Below are positions 43,949 through 55,042 of a stretch of DNA of 64,000 bases, one piece after another. Source of the stretch: Owenia fusiformis (lineage: Eukaryota). Under the pieces are notes generated by a model. It saw only the letters and a list, made by a program, of their open reading frames with translations. It was not told the DNA's origin and did not search any database. The position numbers were made by a program, and so were the translations under genes. The DNA lies in NCBI GenBank assembly GCA_903813345.2, contig CAIIXF020000001.1:19406001-19470000 (forward strand). Direction: 5' to 3'. How positions within the stretch are numbered: the first letter of the stretch is position 1; every line of letters begins with the position of its first letter.

Positions 43949-44294
43949 TTGCAATTTACCACTTCTTCAGGAGGTGACATAAAAACAATTTATTGTTAAA
44001 GTAGTCATTGGTGTTTTTGTTATGGCTATGGCTGTAAATTCATAAAGATGATTTTTTAATTCAAACTTTACATGTGTTAAATTTATAAAAACGATCAACT
44101 ATCTTCTTCAATGCAATTAAAAAATCATATTTTGATATGTCATGGAAATGAGGATAAGGATCATCCTTTTGATTTGATTTCAAATATGTTTTTCGGAGTT
44201 TAAATAAATAAACAAAAACATTACAATAAACAAAAACAAGCCAAAACATGTAATATATGCAGATATTTCAATTTTATTCATGGAATTGCATAAG

Positions 44295-47200
44295 TTAGGA
44301 TTTGTACAGATTTACCATTGGGATTTGCCTATTTATGTTATTGAGTACGTCCCTGACTATTGGATCTCTGTCATCACATTTAAATGACAGTGTATATTCT
44401 TTAACGGACGGTTTGAATCTATTGCTATTATTCAGCCCACTTTGGAAGAGCATGTATTTTTGACTAGATTTCATGTCCATTACCATATGTTTACAATTAC
44501 GTTTAGATTTCGCTTTCATCTGTTTCTTTGTTTTGTAAAGATATTGATGCGTTTGGGATATGCTTTGATGGACAGCAAACACTGATTCGTTTGATGAATT
44601 GCTTCTGTTCACAATAGGATAGCTGCCAACATCAGCTGTTGTTGGACATTGATTGTTGATATCATTGGTGTCTTCATTATCATCATCTCTGATTTCTATT
44701 AGAGGAATGCGAGGCAGGGTCATGTTTAATTCCTCAATATCAGCGTCAATCACATCAGTACTCTGGTCGTCTTTGATTTCTATAATCGGTATCACAGGTT
44801 GGGCTTGCTTGGATTTCTCAAAATAGGTGTCAGTTACATGTAGACCTTGGTCGTCTTTGAGTTCCGTTATCGGTATGGTAGGTAGAACCAGCCCAGACTC
44901 GTCAATGGCATACTCAACTACAGGTACATCATGTATCCCATGTTCCTCTTTGATTTCTATGACATGGGTGGTAGGTAAGCTTGCAATATCAGGACGGACG
45001 TCTTCGTTATTGATATTTATTCTGACTTCATTATAACAGGCTGCAGAACCATCCTTTACAACTTTCTTTTGTTTCTGTTCCTCTAATGGAGTGAGCTTGC
45101 TCTTCTTTTCACCATTATTTATATCACCACCAATGGTTTGTGTCTCCTTGTTGGCAACGTTATCAACAGTACCTACTGATGTGCTGGTCACATCAACTGC
45201 TACACCACTTGCACGTCTATCAAGTCCCGTCGTCCTATTGAAGCACACGAGAGAAAGAATGGCGTATTAATTCGCGTAATTATTTAATTTTTCAAATTAC
45301 AATCAACTTGATTGGGTATCGACCATTTGCATTTATAAATTAATAATATGTGAATACTGGGCCAGTATAAGTACTTACTGCTTCCAGCTGAATTTGTCGA
45401 TATACAATTTGTTATCAAGTCATATCAATTACATATTCTTATCAAATATTTCTCAATATAGACAGGTGAAATAAATAAATTAAAGAACGGGAACATTTAC
45501 ACCACCAGTTTGCATGTTACCAGTTTGGCAGGGATCATATCGCAAAAGGTTAATGGCCCCTCCCATTGGACTATTCAGAAACACGTTTCAGTCGGGTTCC
45601 CATAAAAAGGTGATTTATCCCAGGAAACGGTATAATATGATCCACCGGACTAAGTCGGCGTTTCAGTATATTTTTACAAGCCTGTTACTTTGAATCTTCC
45701 GGAAACATCGATTCAATACAATAATAATGTCATTCAGTGAATGTACCTGTTCAATTGCCTAGTTTTGCCAAAGTGTCTTCTCTTTAGTAACGCCAGTGCT
45801 TTAGCTAGTCTGCCTTTTTCGATTGCACTCATTTTTTCAGTTGTTTTCTTCCATTTTACCAACCATGCTTTTCTTTTTCGGCGGCTGTCCCTGCTATCTT
45901 TGTTAGATTCTCGCCCTGATTTGATTTGCGGTAATTCAGCCTTTGCTGCCTTTTCATCGCTAGTTGTCAAATTAAGTTGTTTGACAAGAGTTTCGTTCAC
46001 TCTAGGCCGTGTTTCCAATGTCATATCTTGCATCTGTTTCATCACATTGAGTACTGATCTTGGTAGAGTACTACTTCTAGGGTATGATTTCCTTGTGTAG
46101 TATGGTTTTGCGCGCTGTTGTTTTTGCATTGATTGAATGGACTTCAGCGGCAACTTCTTAATTGACCCTCTCTGTAGTGGTCGCTGTATTACCTGATTTT
46201 GTCTCACTAACCTTGATTGTTGTGAAAACACGTTATTATTAGTATGTATATCAGGTATATATGGCATTGGTTGAACTGCCATTTGGGAAGGTTTTTGAGT
46301 TCCTTTACGTTTTGTGTTTGTGTGGATATGAGAACCTGGCTGAACCATTTGACTCGAACTTGTCCGTTGCAATTGACAATTCACCGGCAGTAGTGTCTGG
46401 TTCGTGGGATTCTTTTGAGGTTGTAACAAGAGTTGGTTTTTCATAATTTGAACTGTACTGGTTGCCTGCATATTCATCTGCTGATTTAATCGGATCAACC
46501 ATGGTATTGTTTGCATCATTGGCCTTGTTAGTTGAATCGATGGTTGCAGTACTGTTCCTGCTTGTTGAACTGGTTGAATTGACTGAATTGGTATTGGATT
46601 CCCGTTTAACTGGCTAGTTGGCTCACTCTTTGGGACTATATTTAAGATTGGTTGTTGCATATCATGCTGTCTCATTCTCTGGTTTTGTTGTATCGTTTGG
46701 GTATTTGTATGTTGAAGTCCGGGCTGTTTCAATTGGAATTTGCATACACAATGAAGTGGTCGATACAGCAAGGATTGACACGGGCATTGTCGAGCTGTAT
46801 AGCCCCTGTATGCACTGGAATCCATGTAAACCGACGGAACTTGAACGTAAGCTCTATTCCGAGACAGTGGACCAAATCCACTTGTTACATATTGGCCGCT
46901 CCTATTGTTCTGAGAATTACTTACATTAACGTGGTCCCCTCTTCGTAATGTGTTATCCTGGCGTGCTGCATTTTGATCACTAGATGATTCTGGATGTTCA
47001 CGTTCCTTCTCTAATTTATCACTTTCAGCTTCCAGTCTGTTCCCATTATTAGGCTCTGCCGTAGCTTTACATTTAATATCTCTCAGAGCTTTTTTATTCT
47101 CTTTTAGAAAACGTGGATGCCAATAAACGTAAAATCTTACGCTAGACGCGTCATCTTGCTCTTTAATCCAAATCTTTTGAAACCCATGTTCTTCAAGCTT

Positions 47201-47383
47201 TTCTATAAAATTTTCAAATTTATCATCGTCGCTAATATTATGCTTCGCTGATTCATTTTTGAAGACTTTTCTATCAATGACGATTGCTTTTCCAGTAGTA
47301 TGCCATTGTACCGTGCTAATATCTCTCGATTTGACCAGTGACCACAAAAAATATGGAAAGCTCTTCTCAGCTCTTGGTCTCAT
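44295..47383 (-). CDS. HSF-type DNA-binding-domain protein (divergent, HSF5/HSFY-like), Gln-rich, about 858 aa, 2 exons
   Basis: Exon 1 is 47383-45747 (first ATG, MRPRAEKSFPYFLWSLV...VQWHTTGKAIVIDRKVF...KFENFIEKLEEHGFQKI...YWHPRF, an HSF DBD pattern). The donor AACAG|gtacat joins in phase 2 to the acceptor ttcaatag|G at 45234. Exon 2 is 45234-44295. This merges the 567-aa and 317-aa ORFs (…QLNR|TTGLDRR…). Confidence 0.8.
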
Positions 47384-47495
47384 GATTTTATTCCAGATTT
47401 TTGTGTTTACTTTAATTTGTTTCGTTTTTATACTCAAACTTCGCGTACCCTTGGAAACATCTGATGTTTCATTGGTGGATATCCAGGAGTCTTTA

Positions 47496-47536
47496 TGACG
47501 TCATTAACGATATAATATAACAATGAAATGACGTCA
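47496..47536. promoter_or_regulatory. Two perfect CRE palindromes (TGACGTCA) upstream of the HSF-domain gene
   Basis: TGACGTCA at 47496-47503 and 47529-47536, 110-150 bp upstream of the ATG at 47383. A variant TGATGTCA lies near 47578. Confidence 0.45.
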
Positions 47537-49013
47537 TATATTGTTGTTATGGTTTGAAGAATACGTTATTTTCTCTATGATGTCATAAACGATCTAACAT
47601 TCCAACACTTGTGTCACATTCTGTTGTCATGGATGAATAAGTAATGTTTTCTGTTTTAAATTTTGCATTTGTAGACAAGGATTTGTAGATATCATTTTGA
47701 GAATTATTTTGAAAACTGGAATAGCTGAAAGTGAAGATGATTTTCAAGTCAATTAGTCTGTCGATTTGCTAAACCTTGTTCATACACATTTCATGTTCAG
47801 AGAATTAATCATTGGCTAAATTAAATATAATTGCAGAGGGAGACAATATGCTTAAACAATGCTTTCAATGAAATAACAATCATATTATTTAGTCTTCAAT
47901 TATTTTTATAATTACAATTAGACCAATAACATAGAGCTCGAGTATGAAGCAAATTGAGCGTGGCAGTTCAGCAGTTGAACGTGTGGGGTAAGGTACAACA
48001 CGAGGATGGTGAGATTTGAGCAATGTGATGTTTTCGCCGTTTCAGAAAGATCTGGTCCAGTTTCTAAATATTTTCATATATAAATGTCTGTTACAATATC
48101 CTAGACGGTAGACCTGTAGACTTGACAGTGAATTCCAGAGGTAAATCTACATCAACCAGTTAACTCCGAATGGAATATACGGTATTAAGTGCGGGTTTTA
48201 CTGAGATAAATTCAAATTCCTTTTGGTACTGTACCTTACCCCGCGCGTTAATTGTCATGCTTAATTTGGTACAGACCCTGTGAACAATAGAAAATTATTT
48301 ATTTCTCGTCATCACCATCGCCAATGTCAAAATATTCCAAACCCCGACTCTAACTAGACATTATGACCAACTTTTGACCGGCAACGAGCTCATGCAATGG
48401 CAGAATTACCCGTAACGTCGACACATTACGATTACACCGTTATATTGAATATCATTCAAAAATTGATACATCTTTTTGACCACCCTGTAGTTATATTTGC
48501 CCAACTTATCAGCGTGATCAATGGATAAATAAACGACTGAAATACGATTTTCAATTTTTCGTATCATTCATATTTTATAGTACATTTGTTTTGTTTTTAA
48601 AATTAAACACTGTTGATTCACACGGTCACGAAAGATAAGGTAGACAGACTATATTGTCGCTTGCTTAGATTTATAGCTTATTTTCATCATACATCTGAGC
48701 TTTTTTACCCTCGGGTTAACTTGACGAACATTGCTATAAAAACAATACTGACGACAGTACGGTCTACTATCCTATCTGTTGCAGCAAAAAAAAGATGTGC
48801 AGTCGAACCAGAAAAATACATTTTTGTAATGTTACAAAATCAGATTGACAATATGCTGAATGTGCGTGGAAATTGTGGATCTCTGTAGCTGAAGGTTGAG
48901 TATCATGACGACATAGATACTTGCAAAGGCTCCATCAGCATTAATCGTCAATATTACTGTCCTGCCTGGCGTGATATTGATGATAAAGAGGCATTCGAAC
49001 TGCATGAACAAAA

Positions 49014-50021
49014 ATGGGGAGGAAAACGAGACACTTGCATAAATATGGAATCATTGTATCATTCGCTGTTGCTTTTCTTCTTTATGTTGAGGTCAGGCAT
49101 ATTATGAATCCAAAACAACCAGACTCTCCTTCAGACACAGAGAAAGTAGAAAATAGGAAAAGATGGGAAAAATACACTCTTGATACCCATACTACTGAAG
49201 AACTAATAACAACTGCAAAGAAGGTTAACCAAAATGAGAACTTTGTGGCTCTTTGTGTGATCAACGGTGCATATCTGCCTTTCCTTCTAAGTTGGCTTTG
49301 CAATACGGCAAACATGGATGTACACCGACACCTCCTGATTGTCATATCGGATGAAAACGCTGTCCAACAAGTCAGGTTCCTATGGCCAGACTTGTACGTT
49401 ATGAGCATTACTATCCCTGAAGAGAATCTCAACAAGAATTTAACATTTGGTGAAGCTGGATACTTGAGATATTTGTTAGTAAGAATTGAGATCATGTACA
49501 CATTGATTAACAATGACATCAATGTAGTTCTATTTGAAGCAGATGCAGTCTGGTTCAAGAACCCATTGGCACTAGTGACAAGTATGAATGAGTATGATAT
49601 AATTGGTTCTACCACTAATACACACCATCTAGCATTCGGATTTATGTTTCTGCGATCCAATAAAATTATGATAAAAATATTTGGAAGCCTCGTCCTAGAG
49701 ATGAGATTTTTAATTGTATCTTTACAAGACCGTGATGCCAAAGAGGACGTCCACATAATGGCATACGACCAAGACTACTTAGCCAAAAATTTGGAAAAAC
49801 ATGAACAGGACGTACGCGTGAATTTATTAAATGAAACAATAGTAGCAGATGGTTTCTGGTATACTTCTAAATGGTATTTGCAGCTTGGAACTTATATTTT
49901 GAATAATAACGGAATTAAGGGCAATGGTTTAAAGATAAAAAGAGCAAAAGAGAATGGACATTGGTTGATATTAGAGGACTACACTTGTAATTGGGACAAA
50001 ATAAAAGCGATATGTCACTGA
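49014..50021 (+). CDS. Nucleotide-diphospho-sugar transferase family protein (GT77-like, type II Golgi membrane), 335 aa, single coding exon
   Basis: Short basic N-tail, one TM segment (GIIVSFAVAFLLYV) and a stem. Family motifs: INGAYLPFLLSWLCN, FGEAGYLRYLLVR, VVLFEADAVWFKNP (ExD at the DxD position), GFMFLR, DQDYL, ILNNN..GNGLKIKRAKENGHW. Confidence 0.85.
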   Translation: MGRKTRHLHKYGIIVSFAVAFLLYVEVRHIMNPKQPDSPSDTEKVENRKRWEKYTLDTHTTEELITTAKKVNQNENFVALCVINGAYLPFLLSWLCNTANMDVHRHLLIVISDENAVQQVRFLWPDLYVMSITIPEENLNKNLTFGEAGYLRYLLVRIEIMYTLINNDINVVLFEADAVWFKNPLALVTSMNEYDIIGSTTNTHHLAFGFMFLRSNKIMIKIFGSLVLEMRFLIVSLQDRDAKEDVHIMAYDQDYLAKNLEKHEQDVRVNLLNETIVADGFWYTSKWYLQLGTYILNNNGIKGNGLKIKRAKENGHWLILEDYTCNWDKIKAICH

Positions 50022-50472
50022 GTATAGTCAGACGTCAGTCCGTGTTATTGTTTAGCATCATATCTAGCGTTTCTATATCAACATCTAGCAGATCATTTTT
50101 CTTTTTAAGACTAGAACCCTTTTTCTGTGTGAATCGTCCCAAATTGTTTCATATCACATAGGATCACGTCCACAACCCGTAAGAAATATGCCACCATTAT
50201 AACCGACTAATCTTTTCTATTTTTTGTCATTATATACTTTTCTTTCAAAAACTACCTTTTCTCGGAAGCTAAGAGACAATTCTTAGGCCAGGAAAAAGCT
50301 CAATAAGTATATCCCAATGATAAGTGAGCTATATCTACTGATAGTGATAACACATTGATAGTTACTTAAATTACGTACTCGTTGCCATGTTCGTTATCTG
50401 CACTATCACCATTTGAATCATTCATTCAATTTCGAATTAGGGTACATCAGTTTCAACTTTCAATCCTGCAAG

Positions 50473-53400
50473 ATGAAGTCTCTCCTTCTTGCTATCTGTC
50501 TCATTGTTGCTGTAAATGGCAGGTGTAGCCCCAACATTTGTTCAAGGGTCCGATGCCGTGGCGTGACACCAGCCGAGTGCCAAGATGGCATCATTGATCC
50601 CAATGGAGGTTACTGCGGTTGCTGCCCCAAATGTGTTAAGACAGCTCTTTGTAAGTATTTTGTAAAATCATGACTCAAGATGATAAGTTCATTTTTTTTA
50701 GTTGAATCAGATGTCTAACATGATGGAAATATGCATGCCTCTAACTCAAATATACTCTCAAATATACTACTCAAATAAACTCTAAAGCACGTATATGTCA
50801 ATAATACGCATAGTAGTAAGCCAGCATGGAAAAAGGTCTCAGCGGAACATATAGAAACTGCATATACGAACGTTTTAGCCGAATATCTGAATACTTTGTC
50901 GAATGAACTTAAGGATGCAACCCATATCAGTAATGCTTCTATTGACTCCCTTTTGCAAATATTTACACAATTAATGAATGATGTATGCGACAAAGCAATT
51001 CCAAAGAGAAAATTTTCTAAGCATTTAAAGCCGTTCTGGAATAGTGACCTTACGGCCCTTGTTAAAGAGAGGAATACTACTTGGCGTGATTGGGTCACAG
51101 CAGGGCGACCTCGAGCGGAAACCGATAGAACCAGAATAAAGTACAAACATGCAAAGAAGGCGTTTATTAAAGCATACAATAGTGCAAGATATATTTTTGA
51201 ACATTCTGAACTAAATAAATTGTATGAATCGGAGGAACTAGATCAAAACATGTTTTGGTATTTACTGAACAAGAGCCGTAAGCGTGGTGGTCCTAAATCT
51301 AGTCTAGTGAAAAATGACGATGGTGTTGTTATATCAGATCCTCAGGAAGTGTGCATGGAATGGAAGAATTACTTTGAAAAATTAGCCACCCCATCTAATC
51401 ATGGCATTTACGACGACGATTTTTATCATCTAATTAACAATGAAATTTTGGAAATGAAAGCTGCCTCAACTTCGCAAGAAAATGTGTTTTTAAATAACCC
51501 TATTAAAAGGAGCGAGATCGAAACCGCTATAAACCAATTAAATCTAAATAAAGCAGCTGGTGACGACGGTATATCTACGGAACATCTCAGATACGGTGGT
51601 TCAGCCGTAATTGACTTTATTTACTTAATTTTCAAGCATATCGTCAGTAATGAATACACGCCATCTTTATTTAGAACTGGTATACTAATTCCCCTTCTGA
51701 AAGGTGGGAAACGTGATCCCTTGGAAAAAGACGATCACCGTGGAATTACACTAATGACGTCACTACGGAAAACGTTTGATATTTTCTTGTTAAACAGGAG
51801 CAAGCCACATATCCTTAAGCACATTCCCCAATTACAAGGAGCATCTTTGAAATCGTGTTCATCTGTACATTCCTACATGTTAGCACAAGAGGCAATATCG
51901 CATAACGTAGACTTAGGACGTAACGTTTACGTCACAACGCTTGACATTCGTAAGGCATTCGATAGTGTATGGATTAACGGACTTTTTCATAAGCTGTATA
52001 ACAACATTGGTGTCCGTGGCAAATTATGGCGCATCCTTTTTGACTCTTATAACACATATAAGTGCAAAGTGCGTGTAGTGGAACATTTTTCGGACACTTT
52101 CGACGTTCGACGGGGAGTCCATCAGGGGGGCGTATATAGTATGCTCCTGTACCAGCTGTACAACGCTGACCTCATAGAAGAATTAATAGACCTACGTATT
52201 GGTGCTAAGATTAACGACATTGATGTAACTTGTCCGGTGTACGCTGATGATATGACAATTATGACCACCGACAAAATCAGCATGAATATTTTATTAAATG
52301 CAGTGTTCAATCATAGTCTCAAGTGGAGATATGAAATTCACCCAGGTAAATGCAAAACGTTAACTTTTGGGAAGAAAAGAGGCGATCAATTTACGAATGT
52401 CGTGATTAATGGGATTCCTGTGCAGACGACAAATAGCACTGTACATCTTGGATTACCGTTATCAAACAACTCAATTTCCCAGTACGTTGATGAGAGTATT
52501 AACAAGGGTCTCCGTAAATACAATGCTCTCCAAGGATTGGGAGCTGACGTCGGTGGAATGCGCCCTTTGACATCTGCAAAATTATATGAAACATTTGCAA
52601 TTCCTTCCATGACATACGGCTCTAATGTAATTCCGTATTCGTCAAATAACATATCACAGATAGAAACTGCACAGCGTAAGGTAGGCAGGAGGATTCAATC
52701 ACTCCCTGCTTTTGCAGAGTGCCCCGTGGCTTACGAACCCCTTGGTTGGTGGGGAATGGAATACAGAGTTGACATCTCAAAATTAATGTTTATATGGATG
52801 CTCTTAAACCTGCCAATGGCTAATATATACAAACGGGTGATGATTTTTAGAATGACAGTTATGGAATTTAAAATTGCCCGTATACGAATGACCTCTCCAA
52901 TTGCACAGATGTGGTGTACAGCTTTAAAATACGACCTAATTGAAAAGTAAAACTTATGCTTAACGGTCAACATATCCCAAAGGCTGCTTGGAAACGTTTG
53001 ATCTGTAGTCGTGTGAAAGACCTTCAGGAGACAATTTTCAGGATTAGGTGCATGTTACATCCAGGCCTTTCTCATTTTCTAACTGTCCATAAATGTAAAA
53101 CACCAAACATATGGTGGATCTTAGCTCAAGAGTTTCCAAATAGGTTAAACAGTTTTAAAGCCGTCGTCAAATTATTGACGGGTCAATTCAATTTGAACTC
53201 CTGTAAGAAATGGAATAGATCAAATTATAATCTACAGTGTACTCTATGTGGTAAAAAGGAACCTGAAACAATGGAACATTTCCTGTTTCAATGTGATGCA
53301 TTCAGCTTCGAGCGTTTGCAAATGAATAATTTATATCATGGAACATTTGACAACGATTATAATATGAGCAATGAGTTACGTGTAAAACAAATATTTGGTG

Positions 53401-55042
53401 AAAGTACAACCGAAATTCAGTTAAAAACAGCAGACATAATTCTGGCTATGCAAATCAAAAGAAATTCGTTGTTGGTATGACAACTCTATTTTGGTCCTGA
53501 GCTATCGACCTTGGGGAAGATGGCATCGGTATCTATAGAGGTTTCATCTTAACTTGGGATATACATTTCTTCACTATTTTAAATATGTGTGTTTTTATTC
53601 ATTATTTCAATTTGTAACTTTATAATTGTAACTCTCTAGTTATTAGAGGTAAATAAATATACAATACAATTAGGGAGTTTAAGCTTTCGAAACGCCAACC
53701 TATACGTATGACCAATCGCCCATAGATTGCTTAAATATTTTCAGTCCACGTTTAGGTTGTGAAAAACATTGCAAGCTTAAACTCGCTATTATTTTGTTGT
53801 AAGTCAATCTTTGATATGTTGGAGCTGTGGCGTCAATAAATACACCATAGCCAGTAAAACCTTTTTCTATTCTGTTCATACTTCCATCTTAAACATGGTG
53901 GAGCTGCCGAGTGGACTGCTGCAGCGTAATGTCATTCCATGCGCTTGTTCATTCTTTAACATGGTGAAGCTCCCACGGTTTATTTTGTAGACGAGGCCAA
54001 AGAAACATGCAAGGATAAAAGAACTAGACTACAAGAAACTGTCAACAAAGCAGGCCGTCCAATTCTAGGACTTAGTCTCCCTACGTGCAATGAGGATGGT
54101 TCATTTGCTCCTAAGCAATGCAAAGGTTCTGTGTAAGTGTTATTTTGTATTTCAATCTTTTAATTCAAAATACAATTCGGTTTCCGAAACTTCGAGAATG
54201 AGATTCAATACCTGTCTGGTGATTTATCCAGCCCCTTTATGTCGGTTTGATTTTTTTTGTTTTAGGTGTGTTTGTGTTGATAGATCAGGGAAACAAATTG
54301 ATGGCTTCATGTCTAAGATATGGCTCTCTAAAGATATGAATTGTAGTACGTAACGTCCATTTTTTCATAACGTATACTAGCATCGTCATCTATTTATTCT
54401 GCTCGGAGTCTTTTACACACAGCCACGTAGGATGCAAGACATGCATCGCGACATTTGATCAATCAAATCGCAGTATTATGGTTCGTCTTAGCTTGTATTT
54501 GCGAATGCAACTAACGGCTTCCGGCTACCGGATTAACCTACTGTTTTATGGGCAACTTATTTATATGTGATTATGTAACTTGTAGAACATGGTGTCACAA
54601 ATAAATCAGTTGGCGTTCATGGTTAAATGACTTAAATCATAAAATTCATGAAAATTCTTTCACATTGCCTGATATTCATATTTTTGTAGCCTTGCCCAAG
54701 TCGGTTTTTTTTTTACTTAGGCCTATCCTGATCTTGAATTATAATAGAAACCAAGATAAGTAAGAAACCGACTTTGGCAATGCTAATATTTTTGTGTATT
54801 ATGCGAGGACTGAAACATGCTATACTTTTTTGTCTTTCTTCATATCTTAAGAATGTGCAGTGGACCGTGACGCATACCAACAGAAGGGCATTAGAGGAAA
54901 GACATTCAGATGTAAGGATAACGGAAACTATGACAACATACAATGCTTGGGTTCTGTCTGTTTTTGTTCTGATGATAACGGAGAGCGTCTTCGTTCCGTG
55001 AAACCTGTCGGGATTTGGGAGATGAAGAAACTGAAATGCTAA
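50473..55042 (+). CDS. Secreted Cys-rich protein: IGFBP-N/fungal-protease-inhibitor-like module plus two thyroglobulin type-1 domains (about 196 aa, 4 exons), putative protease inhibitor
   Basis: Exons 50473-50650 (signal peptide MKSLLLAICLIVAVNG; GGYCGCCPKC), 53991-54132 (C...LPTCNEDGSFAPKQCKGSV), 54266-54345 (CVCVDRSGKQI...MNC) and 54852-55042 (KC...CKDNGNYDNIQCLGSVCFCSDDNGERL...C*). GT-AG introns, phases 1,2,1. The QC and CxC(V/S)DxxG motifs mark Tg1 domains. Confidence 0.8.
50779..53670 (+). mobile_element. 5'-truncated non-LTR (LINE) retrotransposon with RT and C-terminal CCHC finger, one frameshift
   Basis: The RT ORF 50896-52950 (KAAGDDGI, DIRKAFDSV, GVHQGG, YADD) continues in 52956-53480 (CTLC...ETMEHFLFQC) after a 1-nt deletion in an A-run at about 52945. 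No endonuclease domain is present. The 3' end has AATAAA followed by (TACAA)n at about 53652-53670. It lies in intron 1 of the Tg1 gene. Confidence 0.93.
53671..53788. mobile_element. Small MITE directly abutting the LINE tail
   Basis: TAGGGAGTTTAAGCTT...AAGCTTAAACTCGCTA inverted termini. Confidence 0.7.

Noticed and set aside
45741..46948. Several plus-strand ORFs within the HSF-like gene
   Set aside because: Antisense shadows of a long coding exon.
47384..47437. TTG start given by the ORF track for the HSF-like protein
   Set aside because: Eukaryotic gene; the first in-frame ATG is at 47383. An unseen upstream exon cannot be excluded.
49082..49756. 224-aa antisense ORF
   Set aside because: Shadow of the glycosyltransferase CDS with no recognisable motifs.
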